Part shown: one piece after another, positions 19,804 to 30,458 of the stretch
How positions within the stretch are numbered: position 1 is the stretch's first letter
How the letters are laid out: every line of letters starts with the position of its first letter
The notes under the pieces: generated by a model
What the model was told of the DNA's origin: nothing
What the model saw: the letters and a program-made list of their open reading frames with translations, nothing else
The model's database searches: none
Source of the DNA: Candidatus Shapirobacteria bacterium
Lineage (GTDB): Bacteria; Patescibacteriota; Microgenomatia; UBA12405
Direction: 5' to 3'
NCBI GenBank assembly: GCA_041659325.1
Contig: JBAZYN010000001.1
Location: 366,819 to 430,818 of the forward strand
DNA: 64,000 nt
Translations under genes and position numbers: made by a program

Positions 19804-20946
19804 ATGGGTCTTATAAGAACGCTAAACGGGCAGTTTGCTAAAATTAAAGTTATCGGAGTCGGGGGTGGTGGTAATAATGCCATAAACTCCATAATTTCTG
19901 ATGATAGTATCAAGGGAGTAGAATTTATTGCCGTAAATACCGATTCACAAGTCCTCCTAAACTCTCAGGCATCGATTAGAATTCAAATCGGTGAAAAACT
20001 TACCAAAGGTTTGGGTGCCGGCGGCAATCCACAAATCGGCCAACAAGCCGCTGAAGAATCAAGAGAAAGAATCAAGGAAGCTTTGGCTGACACCGACATG
20101 GTCTTTATAACCGGAGGTATGGGAGGAGGAACTTGTACCGGTGCCGCTCCCGTCATTGCCCAAATAGCCAAAAAAGAACTAGGAATCCTGACCATTGCCG
20201 TAGTTACCAAGCCATTCCTCTTTGAAGGTAGCCGAAGAATGACCAACGCTGAAGACGGAATTACGGAACTTAGAGAAAACGTTGATACTTTAATTGTAAT
20301 TCCAAACCAAAAAGTTATGGATGTAGTCAACAGTAAAACATCCTTGCTCGAAGCCTTCAAAATCGCCGACTCGGTCTTGAACAAAGGCACAAAAGCTATT
20401 GCCGATCTCATCACCGTTCCCGGACTTATTAACCTCGACTTTGCTGACATAAAGTCCGTCATGAGCAACGCCGGATCGGCTCTTATGGGGGTCGGAGAAG
20501 CGCAGGGCGAACAAAAAGCAAAAGAAGCCGTGGAAGCTGCTATTGATTCACCCCTCGTTGACGTTGATATAAATGGTGCCAGGGGAGTTTTGATCAATAT
20601 CACCGGAGGACCTGATCTGACGATGGCTGAAATTGAGGAATCAGCAAAAACCATTACCGAACATACCTCACCAGAGGCAAACATTATTTTCGGAGCCACA
20701 GTCGATCCCGACTACAAAGACAAAATCAAAGTTACCGTAATCGCCACCGGTTTTGATACTAGCCGATCAAGAATCTACTCATCGCCAAAAGTTGTATCGC
20801 CGTTAAAACAACAAACCTTACCCACAGAACATCCCCCCGCCGCCAACCCACAAATCCAAAAGATACTTGAAGGCCAGGAAATCCCAAAAGGTATCGATAT
20901 TACTGATGAGTACGACATTCCGGCCTTTCTTAGGAAAAATAAATGA
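19804..20946 (+). CDS. ftsZ: Cell division GTPase FtsZ
   Basis: Tubulin signature [16 protein letters not shown] and an N-terminal [11 protein letters not shown]. Confidence 0.95.
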   Translation: MGLIRTLNGQFAKIKVIGVGGGGNNAINSIISDDSIKGVEFIAVNTDSQVLLNSQASIRIQIGEKLTKGLGAGGNPQIGQQAAEESRERIKEALADTDMVFITGGMGGGTCTGAAPVIAQIAKKELGILTIAVVTKPFLFEGSRRMTNAEDGITELRENVDTLIVIPNQKVMDVVNSKTSLLEAFKIADSVLNKGTKAIADLITVPGLINLDFADIKSVMSNAGSALMGVGEAQGEQKAKEAVEAAIDSPLVDVDINGARGVLINITGGPDLTMAEIEESAKTITEHTSPEANIIFGATVDPDYKDKIKVTVIATGFDTSRSRIYSSPKVVSPLKQQTLPTEHPPAANPQIQKILEGQEIPKGIDITDEYDIPAFLRKNK

Positions 20947-21938
20947 TCAATAAAAATTGGTTGCCGGTATTAATAACCCTTTGTATCTTGATGTCCATTA
21001 ATTTATTGATGGTCAGTTCTCTCGCCCCGGTCTATCTTTTCCGACAAATATTGGCCTGGGTAATCGGTATACTTCTTTTTTTTGTCGGAAAACAAATCAA
21101 CCCCAAAATAATGAGTATCTCAAAATTTCCGATATTCATTGTTTGCTGTTTCCTACTCGTGGTCCCGATTATTCTCAACAATATCACCCGAGGTTCCCGA
21201 AGATGGATTGATCTTGGTTTTACCTCGATTCAACCCTCAGAAATTGTAAAGCCATGGTTAATGATAAATTTAGCCAATTCCGCTCTTCCGTTTACTCATG
21301 CCATCCCGGTTGCAATTGTTATGGCCCAACCTGATCTCGGCAGTGCCATCTCTATTTTGTTTCTCATGATCCCAGTTGTTCTTTTCAACAAAAAACTAAT
21401 AAAAATATCGATCGTTTTGGGAATAATCGCGCTAGCAGTTTCACCGATTATTTATAAATATGTGCTTCATGACTATCAAAGAGATCGTATCATTAATTTT
21501 ATCAACCCAAACCAAGACCCTCTGGGTAAAGGCTATAATGTTATTCAGTCAAAAATAGCCATAGGTTCAGGAGGAATCTGGGGGAAAGGCTACAAAAAGG
21601 GAACTCAGGGGCAACTTCTTTTCCTGCCCGAAAAACACACCGATTTTATGTTTTCGGCCACCGCCGAAGAACTTGGGCTTTTGGGAGTAATAATTCTTCT
21701 GACTTCTTATTACATTCTCATAAACACCCTCATCAAAAAAGCTTTCGCTTCAAAAAATAAAGTTGGTCTCATTTTTACTCTCGGAATAACTATCCAAATA
21801 TGGCTACAAACAGTAGTCAACATTGGCATGAATATTGGCCTCCTGCCAGTTACCGGAATACCGCTGCCTTTTATTTCTGTTGGCGGATCATCGCTGATTT
21901 CATATTTATTTTCCCTGGGAATCATCTATTCATCCTAA
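20943..21938 (+). CDS. rodA: SEDS-family protein RodA-like
   Basis: [33 protein letters not shown] and [11 protein letters not shown] motifs. It is the second SEDS gene in the window. Confidence 0.75.
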   Translation: MINKNWLPVLITLCILMSINLLMVSSLAPVYLFRQILAWVIGILLFFVGKQINPKIMSISKFPIFIVCCFLLVVPIILNNITRGSRRWIDLGFTSIQPSEIVKPWLMINLANSALPFTHAIPVAIVMAQPDLGSAISILFLMIPVVLFNKKLIKISIVLGIIALAVSPIIYKYVLHDYQRDRIINFINPNQDPLGKGYNVIQSKIAIGSGGIWGKGYKKGTQGQLLFLPEKHTDFMFSATAEELGLLGVIILLTSYYILINTLIKKAFASKNKVGLIFTLGITIQIWLQTVVNIGMNIGLLPVTGIPLPFISVGGSSLISYLFSLGIIYSS

Positions 21939-21991
21939 AAGCGAATAATTAGTACTGGATAGTTAACTCCTATATGCTATAATCAAAAAGT

Positions 21992-22306
21992 ATGAAATAC
22001 GCGGTTATTGCCATTTCTGGCACACAATTCAAAGTCGAAGAAAATAAGACTATCACCATTGACAACCTCGATGCCAAAGAAGGCGATATGCTAACTTCAG
22101 ACCAGGTTCTTTTAACCGTCGACGGAGACAAAGTCACCGTCGGGACCCCCATTGTAAAAAATGCTTCTATAGAATACGAAGTTCTCAAAAATTATCAGGG
22201 AAAGAAGCTAAAAGTGTTTACCTATAAGTCTAAATCCAGATACCACAAGACAAAAGGCTTCCGCCACCAATTAACTGATGTAAAAATCACCAAAATAACT
22301 TTTTAA
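21992..22306 (+). CDS. rplU: 50S ribosomal protein L21
   Basis: MKYAVIAISGTQFKV...KVFTYKSKSRYHKTKGFRHQ. Confidence 0.85.
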   Translation: MKYAVIAISGTQFKVEENKTITIDNLDAKEGDMLTSDQVLLTVDGDKVTVGTPIVKNASIEYEVLKNYQGKKLKVFTYKSKSRYHKTKGFRHQLTDVKITKITF

Positions 22307-22328
22307 CATAACATTAAACTCATAAACA

Positions 22329-22586
22329 ATGGCACACAAGGCGTCACAAGGAAAAACAAACCAAAAAGCAAACCGTCCCGGGCAAAGACGGGGGATTAAA
22401 GTTTTTGGTGACCAAAAAATTGCCGTCGGTCAAATTATCGTAAGACAGGTTGGCAGCAAATTTCACATCGGTGAGGGAACCAAACTCGGAAAAGATTTCA
22501 CCGTCTATGCAGGAAGACCCGGTATTGTAAAATACTATTCTAAATACGGCAAAAAATATGTGTCGGTTGTAAAGGCCAAAAACTGA
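22329..22586 (+). CDS. rpmA: 50S ribosomal protein L27
   Basis: MAHKASQGKT...GQIIVRQVGSKFHIGEGTKLGKDFTVYA. Confidence 0.9.
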   Translation: MAHKASQGKTNQKANRPGQRRGIKVFGDQKIAVGQIIVRQVGSKFHIGEGTKLGKDFTVYAGRPGIVKYYSKYGKKYVSVVKAKN

Positions 22587-22646
22587 TTTAGTCTGTTCTA
22601 TTTTCACTCACTTTTTTCACGGGCAGTTTCATAGTAACCTTACTCT

Positions 22647-23501
22647 ATGAAACCAGTGACTCAAATTGCGACCAACCAGTTGGAACCAAACCCTCTTCAA
22701 CCCCGGGGGGTAATCAGTCCCGATTCAATTTCTGAGCTTATCGACTCGATTAAGGAACACGGCATTCTGGAACCTCTAATTATCGCCAAAACACCGGCCG
22801 GATTTCAGATAATTGCCGGGGAAAGGCGATGGCGCGCCGCCAGATATTTAAAACTCGAATACGTTCCGGCTATTATCAAAGAAACTAGCCCCCAACAAAT
22901 GTTGGAAATGGCTATCGTTGAAAATGTCCAACGCAAAGATCTCAATCCTATCGAACGGGCCAAGGCCTTTCATCGTCTCAAAGAAGAATTTAACCTGGAC
23001 AACCACCAGATTGCCAAAAGAGTCAGCAAAAGTATCCCCTATGTCATAAACGTTTTAAAACTCCTTACCCTCCCGGACGCCCTCAAAGACGGTCTGCTGT
23101 CCGGATTGATAAGCGAAGGTCACGCAAGAGCATTATCAGGTATCGGCGACACTAGACTTATGATTGAGGGTTATAAAATTGTTCTCAAAGAAAAAGCCTC
23201 TGTTCGTCGGGCCGAAGATATTGCCAGAAGGATGAGAAAAAAAATCGAAGAAGGCACCATCCCCATTAACAAAGAAAACCTGCCTCAGTTTTTAAAGTCT
23301 AAACTCGATAATATCAGCACCGACCTGGAAACAAGTTTCCGCGACAAACTGGCAAAGGTAAAAATCACTCAAACCAATATCCTAACCAAAGTTACTTTCC
23401 AATTCCGTGGACCAATTGATCAGCGATACCAAAATCTCCGGACTCTCTACAAACAAATCTGCGCAAAAGATATCCAGGAAGAAAACAAACCCGAAAATTA
23501 A
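22647..23501 (+). CDS. parB: ParB/Spo0J-family partition or nucleoid-occlusion protein
   Basis: ParB box IIAGERRWRAARY and HTH KDLNPIERAKAF. Confidence 0.8.
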   Translation: MKPVTQIATNQLEPNPLQPRGVISPDSISELIDSIKEHGILEPLIIAKTPAGFQIIAGERRWRAARYLKLEYVPAIIKETSPQQMLEMAIVENVQRKDLNPIERAKAFHRLKEEFNLDNHQIAKRVSKSIPYVINVLKLLTLPDALKDGLLSGLISEGHARALSGIGDTRLMIEGYKIVLKEKASVRRAEDIARRMRKKIEEGTIPINKENLPQFLKSKLDNISTDLETSFRDKLAKVKITQTNILTKVTFQFRGPIDQRYQNLRTLYKQICAKDIQEENKPEN

Positions 23502-24124
23502 AACCTGACCGCCGGAACAAAACCAAGTTTATCCAGTGGTTTGTAGATAAAAAATGCTTTCCCGATTATCAGCTCTTTTTTAATCGGGCCAAACTCCCTG
23601 CCGTCTCTGGAATGCGACCTGTTATCACCAAAACACAAATAATGCCCGGCCGGGACAGTCACTTCAACTCCCTCCACGCTATATGATCCGGCCGATGTCA
23701 CATAATCATCAGGCAAAAAATCCTGCTTTAAAAAACTACCATTAAGATATACCTGCCCACCGGAGACCTTTATCCTGTCGCCGGGAATCCCGATAATTCT
23801 TTTAATATACTCACACTCATCCTCAGCACACGGCTCCGATGGGGGAGCCTTAAAGACCACCACATCACCCCTTTTTGGATCAGAAAATTGGTATGTCACC
23901 TTGTCCGTCAGCAAATATTCCCTGTCCAAAAAGTTGGGCACCATCGAATTTCCCTTAACTTCATTCGGCTGGGCCACAAAAAGATACAGTAACACAAAAA
24001 CGGATAAGGCCAATACAATCGATTGGACAAACTCTAAAATAAAATTACCAACTGAAAAACCATTTTGCAATCTAAAATTAATCCTCATGAGCTTAAGTTT
24101 ATCCTCAAACATTGATATAATCAA
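23498..24124 (-). CDS. lepB: Signal peptidase I (S26 family)
   Basis: GNSMVPN (SMxP), KRIIGIPGD and GDNRSHSRDGR motifs. Confidence 0.85.
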   Translation of the reverse strand: MIISMFEDKLKLMRINFRLQNGFSVGNFILEFVQSIVLALSVFVLLYLFVAQPNEVKGNSMVPNFLDREYLLTDKVTYQFSDPKRGDVVVFKAPPSEPCAEDECEYIKRIIGIPGDRIKVSGGQVYLNGSFLKQDFLPDDYVTSAGSYSVEGVEVTVPAGHYLCFGDNRSHSRDGREFGPIKKELIIGKAFFIYKPLDKLGFVPAVRF

Positions 24125-24130
24125 GGCATC

Positions 24131-24204
24131 GGTTGTTTAGCTCAGTTGGTTAGAGCGCATCGTTCACATCGATGAGGTCAGAGGTCCGAGTCCTCTAACA
24201 ACCA
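24131..24204 (+). tRNA. tRNA-Val (anticodon CAC)
   Basis: Hand-folded cloverleaf: acceptor GGTTGTT/AACAACC, anticodon loop TTCACAT, T-arm AGAGG-TCCGAGT-CCTCT. Confidence 0.8.
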
Positions 24205-24307
24205 CCCAAATCCGACTGTAGACATCTCTGCCCCACTACTCCCACAAAACTATTCCTTTCACCGGTCAATCCCCCCCCAATTAACCGAATTATGCTAAAT
24301 TTAATCA

Positions 24308-24967
24308 ATGAAAATTCATTTGAAGATACTGTTTTCCCTGTTTTTATTTCTGGCTTTTTTAATCATCTTAGAGCCATATCTTCCGAAATTTCTTTCAAAA
24401 CAAAACCTAATCAATCCGGGCACTATCAAAGACGACTATGATAAAAATGCAAAAATTGCCATATTTAACAATCAAATTCTCTCCCCACCCCACGACTCCC
24501 CACCAACAAAGCTAGCAAACATTTTGGGTGATACAAACGAGTACAAAAGAATCGAAGTCGATTTAACCGCTCAAAGGGTTTATGCCTACGAAGGTAACCG
24601 CCAGGTCTATAATTTCCTGATCTCATCAGGCTCGTGGGACAGAACTCCAACCGGTACCTTTCGGATATGGACAAAAATTAGATCACAAAAAATGTCCGGC
24701 GGCTCAAAGGCGCTAGGAACTTATTATTATCTTCCGAATGTCCCATATATCATGTTTTTTTATAACGAAAAAACATCAAAGGCTATGGGCTACAGTTTTC
24801 ACGGAACTTACTGGCACAACAATTTTGGCGTACCCATGTCCCACGGTTGTATCAACATGAAAACACCCGAGGCCGCTCAATTATTCTCCTGGGCAGAAGT
24901 AGGGACACCAGTTACTATATCCGGAAAATATCAAACAGTCCTCCCCAAAGCACACGAAAAAAGCTAG
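24308..24967 (+). CDS. L,D-transpeptidase (YkuD domain) with N-terminal TM
   Basis: [21 protein letters not shown] catalytic His/Cys motif. Confidence 0.8.
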   Translation: MKIHLKILFSLFLFLAFLIILEPYLPKFLSKQNLINPGTIKDDYDKNAKIAIFNNQILSPPHDSPPTKLANILGDTNEYKRIEVDLTAQRVYAYEGNRQVYNFLISSGSWDRTPTGTFRIWTKIRSQKMSGGSKALGTYYYLPNVPYIMFFYNEKTSKAMGYSFHGTYWHNNFGVPMSHGCINMKTPEAAQLFSWAEVGTPVTISGKYQTVLPKAHEKS

Positions 24968-24968
24968 T

Positions 24969-27488
24969 TTATTTTATCTCTTTTGCCAACCGCGATATCA
25001 AAACCGAATCGAAAACTGAAACATAATTCGATTTTTTGAGATCAACCCCCATCTTTCCATAGACCTCTATCATTTTTTCATAATTTTGCGCCCCCAACAG
25101 GCTTAGACTGGCTCTTTTATTTAACAAACTATCAACTAATTTAACCTCAAAGCCACTACCCTTGTATAAAAAGGATGCCATCAGCCTATTATTTATTTTT
25201 TGGCCATAAATTGCCATATAGGAACGAAGATAACCGATTACTCGCCCCGACACCCTGTCCTCGTTCGTCTGTCGTCTGAAATCAGTTAACCTCTCGTAAA
25301 ATAAATTCCAATTTTTTTTCTTGAATGCACCGTAAGCTGACAATAAACTCTTATTTTGCGGATATTTTAACTTCAATAATGTCAGATCCCGATCCATCAA
25401 TTCAAAAATGGTTACGCCATTTTCGGTACTTGAAGCAACCTCCATCTTCTCCATATCAACTTTTAATTTTATTTCCTGCCCTCCTTCAATCTCACCTTCA
25501 ATATATTCCCAACTTTCCGCCCCAGAGGTATCACCCCACACTAAATGATATTCACCGCCATCGGCAATCCCCGTTAAATTAATCTTACAAAACCTGTAAC
25601 TATCTCCCACCACGATAAATCCCATCTCATCCATATTAAGAGTATCTCCATCACAGTCAAGCGACATGGTAGCCGGAGAACCAATAAAGAAAATTTTTGC
25701 GTTGTCATGATAAAAATCTGAAACTATCCCTATCGGGACCCCCAGTTCTAGTTCAGTTAATATCCTATCAATCAACACAGACGGAAGAACCCCATGATCA
25801 GACACCACTTCATCATGTATATCTCCGGGGAACACCGCACTCCGAAGAAGTACGGTTCCATCACCATTCCCGTATTTCCATCCTACCGGATGACCATCGG
25901 GCCAAATTCCAAACGACCGATCAATGATATTTCTACAAGTCAAGTTTATCCACTCTTCGGTTGATTTGCCAACCCCGGTCATTGCCTTAAATGGTAAAAA
26001 TATCGAGCTTGACCCGGCATTTTTCTGAGATAAATATTGATTCACCGTGCCCAACTCAGAGCAGGGAACAGATACATTATTCTTCTTGATAAAATCAAAA
26101 GTAGGCAAAATATCTTTCAAAACCGGAGCGTAACCTCTGATAGTTTCCAACTTAGTTTGATAGTTTTTTTTCTGAAGTTGGACCAATACGTTTAAAGCAA
26201 TATTATCCGGGCTAAAACCCTCTCCAATCTTTGCCCCGCTCCAAACATCATATGCCTTAACCGCGCCAAAGTGAGGACTGCCTAAACTTATAACTCTCCC
26301 CAACGACAAACTATCGCGATGATCCTGAGTCCATATCCGCGCGACTAACCCACCCAGACTATGACCTATCAAGTCCACCTTTTCTCCATCAGATATTTTT
26401 CCCGCAATAAAATTATTTAATTCCTCAACAATTTCGGAAACCGGCCGTCTCCAATCATAATTCCACACGAATAAATCCTCGTTTTCAACAAAACCTTTAT
26501 TCTTTAGCGCCAAAATTAAATTATCGTAGTTCCTTACAAAGGGGGTCATTCCCCATTCGCTATTTCCAACCGTTTTGTTGTATACCATCGCCTCTGAATT
26601 CCAACTCGCCCCTAATCCCGGGATAATTATAATTTTGTGTCGTGTGGTCGGTGTCGGAGTTGGTATTTCTGTCGGAGTTGCTGTGGGGGTTGGAGTACTG
26701 GTAGGTATTAACGTTGGAGTTAGTGTGGGCGTAGGAACTAGGGTAGAAGTCGGCGTAGGTGTTAAAGTTGAAGTAGGTGTGGGTGTCGATGTCTCCGTCG
26801 GAATAACAGTTGGAGTTTGTATATATATTTTTACACTGTCAATTTCAATTTGAGACCAACTTGTGTAATTCCCAAGTCGATTTCCAAACCAAATATTACT
26901 TGGAATACACTGTCCGCCATTTGAGCGATAAATAAATACATCGTTTATGGATACATCATAACTTGAACCCACTCCCAATATTTTTAAAGTATTCCAATCA
27001 TTTTTTGACAGACTAATCCTAGGGATAAGCACCCTACCGGCAAGATCATTTACCGCTTGAAAATTAACACAACCGTTCGTTCGGTCATAGAAATCATTAT
27101 AGTAAAACGCATCACCATTTATTGAAGAGTCACTCCATATTCCAAATTGAGAGTAGTTTCTACCGTCTAGTCCAGTATAACCAATTCCGATACCCACCCC
27201 AGAAGCACGTGAATCGGGAAACCTAAAAATAACCTCCATTCCGTAATCGAATGATGCCGGAAAAACGACTGCTGAATTTCCAATGACGTAAGGGAAAGAG
27301 GTTGATGTACTATACAAACCAAGTTTACCATCAACCTTAATCCAGCCATTGTTTTCTTGAAATGTCCAATTTTCTTCATTTTTTACATCAAAACTATCAT
27401 AAAATACGTCATTAGCAAAACAACGGGTGGAAAAAGTCGATGATAATATTAATAAAAAAAAGCCAACACTTAGTATTTTATTTAACAT
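24969..27488 (-). CDS. Secreted multidomain alpha/beta-hydrolase (lipase/esterase-like): lectin/LamG-like N-domain, Thr/Pro linker, then hydrolase
   Basis: Signal peptide. Roughly 50-aa (TPTPTSTL)n linker. Lipase nucleophile elbow DLIGHSLGGLVAR and PGLGASW. 839 aa. Confidence 0.6.
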   Translation of the reverse strand: MLNKILSVGFFLLILSSTFSTRCFANDVFYDSFDVKNEENWTFQENNGWIKVDGKLGLYSTSTSFPYVIGNSAVVFPASFDYGMEVIFRFPDSRASGVGIGIGYTGLDGRNYSQFGIWSDSSINGDAFYYNDFYDRTNGCVNFQAVNDLAGRVLIPRISLSKNDWNTLKILGVGSSYDVSINDVFIYRSNGGQCIPSNIWFGNRLGNYTSWSQIEIDSVKIYIQTPTVIPTETSTPTPTSTLTPTPTSTLVPTPTLTPTLIPTSTPTPTATPTEIPTPTPTTRHKIIIIPGLGASWNSEAMVYNKTVGNSEWGMTPFVRNYDNLILALKNKGFVENEDLFVWNYDWRRPVSEIVEELNNFIAGKISDGEKVDLIGHSLGGLVARIWTQDHRDSLSLGRVISLGSPHFGAVKAYDVWSGAKIGEGFSPDNIALNVLVQLQKKNYQTKLETIRGYAPVLKDILPTFDFIKKNNVSVPCSELGTVNQYLSQKNAGSSSIFLPFKAMTGVGKSTEEWINLTCRNIIDRSFGIWPDGHPVGWKYGNGDGTVLLRSAVFPGDIHDEVVSDHGVLPSVLIDRILTELELGVPIGIVSDFYHDNAKIFFIGSPATMSLDCDGDTLNMDEMGFIVVGDSYRFCKINLTGIADGGEYHLVWGDTSGAESWEYIEGEIEGGQEIKLKVDMEKMEVASSTENGVTIFELMDRDLTLLKLKYPQNKSLLSAYGAFKKKNWNLFYERLTDFRRQTNEDRVSGRVIGYLRSYMAIYGQKINNRLMASFLYKGSGFEVKLVDSLLNKRASLSLLGAQNYEKMIEVYGKMGVDLKKSNYVSVFDSVLISRLAKEIK

Positions 27489-27524
27489 AAAAAAATATTA
27501 ACTGACCAAACTATAAATAACAAT

Positions 27525-28622
27525 ATGAAAATCGCTGTATTTCACAATTTATACACAGGAGGTGCATTAAATTACATGAACAACCTCGTCAAATGTCTGT
27601 CTATACAAAATTCAGTCGATATATACTCTTTTCAAAAAACAACCCCAATTAATATAAAAAACGTAAAATACTACACATATGACTTAAACAAAACCAACAA
27701 CCTTTTTCAGCACCTATTCCAAGTTCTGGTTGAGTTGAGGATCAAAAACAAAATAATTGCAGAAAAGATAAATTCATCATCAAATTATGACCTAGTATTA
27801 ATATTCCCCTGCCTCATAACTCAATCTCCATTTCTACTAAGATACATCGATCAAAAAAAAATAAAAACCATCTACTTTTTTATGGAATCAAAAAGAGAAT
27901 TCTATGAAAAAACTACATATGACCACTGGTCTCTGAAGAGAATCATAGCCAGAATCATAAGGTGTCCAATCAAGCTCATAGATCTATCTAACTGTAAAAA
28001 ATCAAATATTATCGTATCTCTTTCTTGTTATTCATCGAATCTGTTGAAAAAAGTATATAAAAAAAAGTCATTCGTAATACATCCCGGTTTAATTAATATA
28101 AAACCAAAAACAAAATTTAAAAATAATAACCAACAATTTATCTCCGTTGGACTATTATCGGCAATAAAGGGTCATGATTTCTCGATACAACAAACTACAA
28201 AAAATAACTGCAATCTGCTGATTATTGGAAGAGAGAACAAAAATGAAATCATACCAACAAATTCGAGTAACACAAAAATTATACATACAGAAAACAATAA
28301 ACTAGTTTATAAATTAACCAAAAAAGCAACGTTTTTTCTCGCCAATCAAATTAACGAACCATTCGGAATTTCAACACTAGAGGCAAGTAGTTTAAATACT
28401 TTTGTGCTTGGCAAAAACGAAGGAGGTACACCAGAGATTGTAAGACACGGACTAAACGGCTTTTTATATCCTAGTAACCTCCCGCTTGCAATAAAAATAA
28501 CAAACAAATTTAAAAATATTAAACAACTTAGATATCAAAAAACATGTAAAATAAGTTGGAGTAAAACTACACACAACCTTCTTACCCTTTATCACCACCT
28601 AAAAAATGAGCCGACTGAATAA
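27525..28622 (+). CDS. Glycosyltransferase family 1 (GT4-like)
   Basis: C-terminal EPFGISTLEASSLNTFVLGKNEGGTPEIVRHGLNGFL matches the GT1 EX7E region. Confidence 0.65.
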   Translation: MKIAVFHNLYTGGALNYMNNLVKCLSIQNSVDIYSFQKTTPINIKNVKYYTYDLNKTNNLFQHLFQVLVELRIKNKIIAEKINSSSNYDLVLIFPCLITQSPFLLRYIDQKKIKTIYFFMESKREFYEKTTYDHWSLKRIIARIIRCPIKLIDLSNCKKSNIIVSLSCYSSNLLKKVYKKKSFVIHPGLINIKPKTKFKNNNQQFISVGLLSAIKGHDFSIQQTTKNNCNLLIIGRENKNEIIPTNSSNTKIIHTENNKLVYKLTKKATFFLANQINEPFGISTLEASSLNTFVLGKNEGGTPEIVRHGLNGFLYPSNLPLAIKITNKFKNIKQLRYQKTCKISWSKTTHNLLTLYHHLKNEPTE

Positions 28623-29394
28623 AAAAACACAAAATATTTCCCTTCTTCTTTTAACGAAAAACGAATCAGAAAATATAAAAATTAATTTTGACTGGCTTTC
28701 AGAATGTCCCACTATCAACGAGATAATCGTTGTTGACGATAACTCAACAGACGACACAAAGAAAATAATAAAATCACTCGAAACGAAAACTTTAACCGTC
28801 AAAATATTCAATAGGGGACTGGCAAACAATTTTTCGGCCCAAAGGAACTACGGCATTGAAAAAAGTAAAAATAACTGGATCCTATGGCTTGATGCTGACG
28901 AAAGACCAGACAACAAAATGATTAGCTTTCTTTCCTCCTTTGATTTTTCCGGCTCCAATTATTCTTTTGGACGAAACGACTTCTTTCTGGGCCACCAACT
29001 CAAACACGGAGAAACCGCTAATTTATCTTTTGTCAGACTGTTCGACAAAAAACATGGAACCTTTGTAAACCGAGTTCACGAAGTATGGAAATCCGACTTA
29101 CCAGTGAAACACACCAACTTTCACATTCTTCACCATCCTCACAAAACTTTTTACTCTTTCATCTCAAAAATAAATTTTTATACCACTATTCGCTCGCAAG
29201 AACTTTTCGATACTAAAGTAACCAGCAACATTTTTGAAATAATTTTCTATCCACTTGGTAAGTTTATCCAAAACTATATTCTACGCTTAGGACTACTTGA
29301 CGGAACCCCCGGAATCATTATGGCACTATCCATGAGCCTTCACTCATTCCTAGTCCGGGCAAAACTATGGCACTTGTATCAAACCTCTTATTAA
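28606..29394 (+). CDS. Glycosyltransferase family 2
   Basis: IIVVDDNSTDDT and WLDADE (DXD) motifs. Confidence 0.65.
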   Translation: MSRLNKKTQNISLLLLTKNESENIKINFDWLSECPTINEIIVVDDNSTDDTKKIIKSLETKTLTVKIFNRGLANNFSAQRNYGIEKSKNNWILWLDADERPDNKMISFLSSFDFSGSNYSFGRNDFFLGHQLKHGETANLSFVRLFDKKHGTFVNRVHEVWKSDLPVKHTNFHILHHPHKTFYSFISKINFYTTIRSQELFDTKVTSNIFEIIFYPLGKFIQNYILRLGLLDGTPGIIMALSMSLHSFLVRAKLWHLYQTSY

Positions 29395-30458
29395 TCGCCA
29401 TCTGTATTACATTTTATTACGGCCAGCTTCTAAGAATCGACTTTCATGGTATCTCTATCCCCGTTATTGATGTCCTAATTGTTTTCCTCGCTTCTGCCAA
29501 TTTGGTCTACCTCTATCGCCAAAAAAAACTAACAATAGCAAACCGTCCTCTCTTTGTTTTTCTGGTAATCGCCGTAATTACCTTTATCCCTGCCTATTTT
29601 AAGTTTCAAAGTTTGTCTCTGAAACCGATTATGTATCTCATTAGGTTAATTTCAATTTTTTCATTGTCTATTTTTTCTCATAGTCCCAAAATTACCACAC
29701 CTCTCGCCAAAAAATTTTTCCTTATCTGCCTTTTCGCAAATATAATTTTTGGGATTATTCAGTATATTTTTTGGCCGGATTTAACCTTTTTCAAATCTCT
29801 TAATTGGGACCCCCATCTTAACCGACTAGTTAGTACATTTTTTGATCCAACTTTTACCGGAATAATTTATCTTATTTTTCTAATCACCATATTTTTAAAA
29901 GAACTCTTTCCATTCAAACTCCCGGTATTGGCAATTACCTACCTTGCTATCGCTCTTACCTACAGCCGTTCAACCTTTCTCGCCTTTTTTATTTCCTTTT
30001 TTTATATATCTATTAAAAAAAGGAACCCAAAGATAATTATTTTCGCCACCGCTCTTCTGATTACCACCATCGTTTGTCTCCCGCATCCACCCGGAGAAGG
30101 AACTAATCTCGAAAGAACATCCTCTATTAAAGCCAAAATTGAAAATTACCACGAGGGGATAACTACTTATCTTCGATCTCCCATCATTGGCCATGGCTAC
30201 AACTTTCTGTCTCTGGTAAGACGTCCGATTCCGCAAGAATCATCTCATTCGTCTTCGGGTTTCGATTCGAGTCTGTTAACTGTTTTGACTACCACCGGCC
30301 CGATTGGGCTAATTTTTTTTGTTCTCGGACTTAAAAAACTATTCGCAAATGGGAGTCTAACTACAAAAACCGCCCTGATTTCAATACTCATACACTCCTT
30401 GTTTGCAAACTCTCTTCTCTATCCTTGGGTAATAATCTGTCTGTATCTTATCGCCTAA
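29367..30458 (+). CDS. O-antigen ligase/polymerase-like (Wzy_C-type) polytopic membrane protein
   Basis: At least ten TM helices with a periplasmic-loop YSRSTFLAF motif region. Sits with the GT genes. Confidence 0.4.
   Translation: MALVSNLLLIAICITFYYGQLLRIDFHGISIPVIDVLIVFLASANLVYLYRQKKLTIANRPLFVFLVIAVITFIPAYFKFQSLSLKPIMYLIRLISIFSLSIFSHSPKITTPLAKKFFLICLFANIIFGIIQYIFWPDLTFFKSLNWDPHLNRLVSTFFDPTFTGIIYLIFLITIFLKELFPFKLPVLAITYLAIALTYSRSTFLAFFISFFYISIKKRNPKIIIFATALLITTIVCLPHPPGEGTNLERTSSIKAKIENYHEGITTYLRSPIIGHGYNFLSLVRRPIPQESSHSSSGFDSSLLTVLTTTGPIGLIFFVLGLKKLFANGSLTTKTALISILIHSLFANSLLYPWVIICLYLIA

Noticed and set aside
19983-20699. 238-aa ORF on the minus strand antisense to ftsZ
   Set aside because: It lies entirely inside the high-confidence ftsZ gene. 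It is a stop-free antisense frame produced by Gly/Ala-rich codons, with no independent signal.
26575-26853. 92-aa (VG)n-rich ORF on the plus strand
   Set aside because: It is the antisense reading of the Thr/Pro-linker repeat of the secreted lipase gene, so it is an artefact of the repeat.
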